A stretch of 64,000 nucleotides of DNA, taken from assembly GCA_964016885.1 (NCBI GenBank), contig OZ024740.1, forward strand, positions 147,808,001 to 147,872,000, written 5' to 3'. Made by a program: the position numbers and the translations under genes. Positions 62,979 to 64,000 of this stretch are shown in pieces. The stretch comes from Eledone cirrhosa (lineage: Eukaryota). The notes beneath the pieces were generated by a model, which had not been told where the DNA came from, did not search any database, and worked only from the letters and a program-made list of their open reading frames with translations. Position 1 is the stretch's first letter. Each line of letters starts with the position of its first letter.

Positions 62979-64000
62979 GCATAAACACAATCAGAAGATT
63001 ACATTTCTGAATCCTAGTTTTTGTTCAATCAACATTTAAGTTGACTATATACAGTGGATTGAGAAGAAAAATGTTTTGCACACACAAATAAAGAATATAT
63101 CAGACTCTACTCATTTTAACTGAAGGTTGTATTGAGTATTGCACCACAAAATAAATGCAGACACACATACAGGTTTCGTGGCTTGAGATATTAAGTATTA
63201 AAAGAAAGTTTGTTAAAAGCTTAAGCATATTTTGTGAAAGACCTAGTTAAAAAGGTACAATCTCTCAGTATATCCTTTCGTTAAAATGAAGGTTAAGATA
63301 ATGTAAATATTACAATAAAATGGAAGATGAATACTCAATTTGTCAATTAGAGTAAAAAAATATTCTAATTTCTATATTTGTTGAATAAAAACAAAAAAAA
63401 TTATTATCAGTTATATAGTTAATTTCTGGCTAAAGCAAACTCTTTTTTTTTTTTTGCATCAGGCAGCAAAACAATATTACAAATAAATGCAAAAACATAT
63501 CTGCAATGTGTGCAAAAACAGAACCAAGCATCAAATACTTAATACAATCCAAAAACCACATTTGATAAAATAATAGCTATTAAAAAATAGGATAAACCTT
63601 GAAAGATTTTCACACAAATTTAACATCAAATTATTTTCCAGCATATTTTTTAAAACAATACACCAAAGGGAACATATGCAAAACAGTCTTCATTGACTAG
63701 GGTTACAATGCTGACCAAGTTAATGTTTTCTGACTACATGTTGAAGGGCAATTGGCTTGTACCATCATTAGTGCTGAACTGCATCTAAAGCAAAGATACT
63801 TAACTTTAAGCAAGTGCCATATATGGGGAAATTTCACCAGTAGAAGTTAATGAAGCTTTGAACAATTAACAATTGTTTTGTTAACTTACAATGCTGAGTC
63901 CAAATTCTTATATGGGACTGAGCCATAGCAGGACTAATCACACCACAGCCTTGTTCCAATCCTACCACTACCAAATTGGACTTCATATTATAATGATAGG

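Overview
AT-rich, repeat-saturated animal genomic DNA. The SINE families, RTE LINEs and extreme (TA)n/(CA)n/(TATG)n microsatellite load suggest a coleoid cephalopod such as an octopus (inference). No host gene can be supported, and most ORF-track entries are microsatellite artefacts. Recognisable elements: RTE-clade LINEs (one near-complete copy with a precise 5' inversion), BovB-like RTE fragments and non-autonomous derivatives chained in (TATG)n, two Penelope-like elements (RT and/or GIY-YIG), R4/Dong-like and CRE-like RLE retrotransposon remnants, a DD37D/maT-like Tc1-mariner relic, non-autonomous Helitrons, MITEs, tRNA-derived SINEs and a non-coding LTR element with a tRNA-Trp PBS. The main signal is about 19 type-I hammerhead ribozyme motifs, found by eye, in short non-coding modules mostly sitting in (TA)n tracts and often arranged as inverted or tandem copies. 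Several share a compensatory U3-A8 core (UUGANAA instead of CUGANGA). A 3.3 x 595-bp near-identical tandem array carries one hammerhead per unit (retrozyme/circular-RNA-like), and one hammerhead has a 26-bp stem III with 10 G-U pairs. All calls are from reading the sequence; no searches or folding programs were run.
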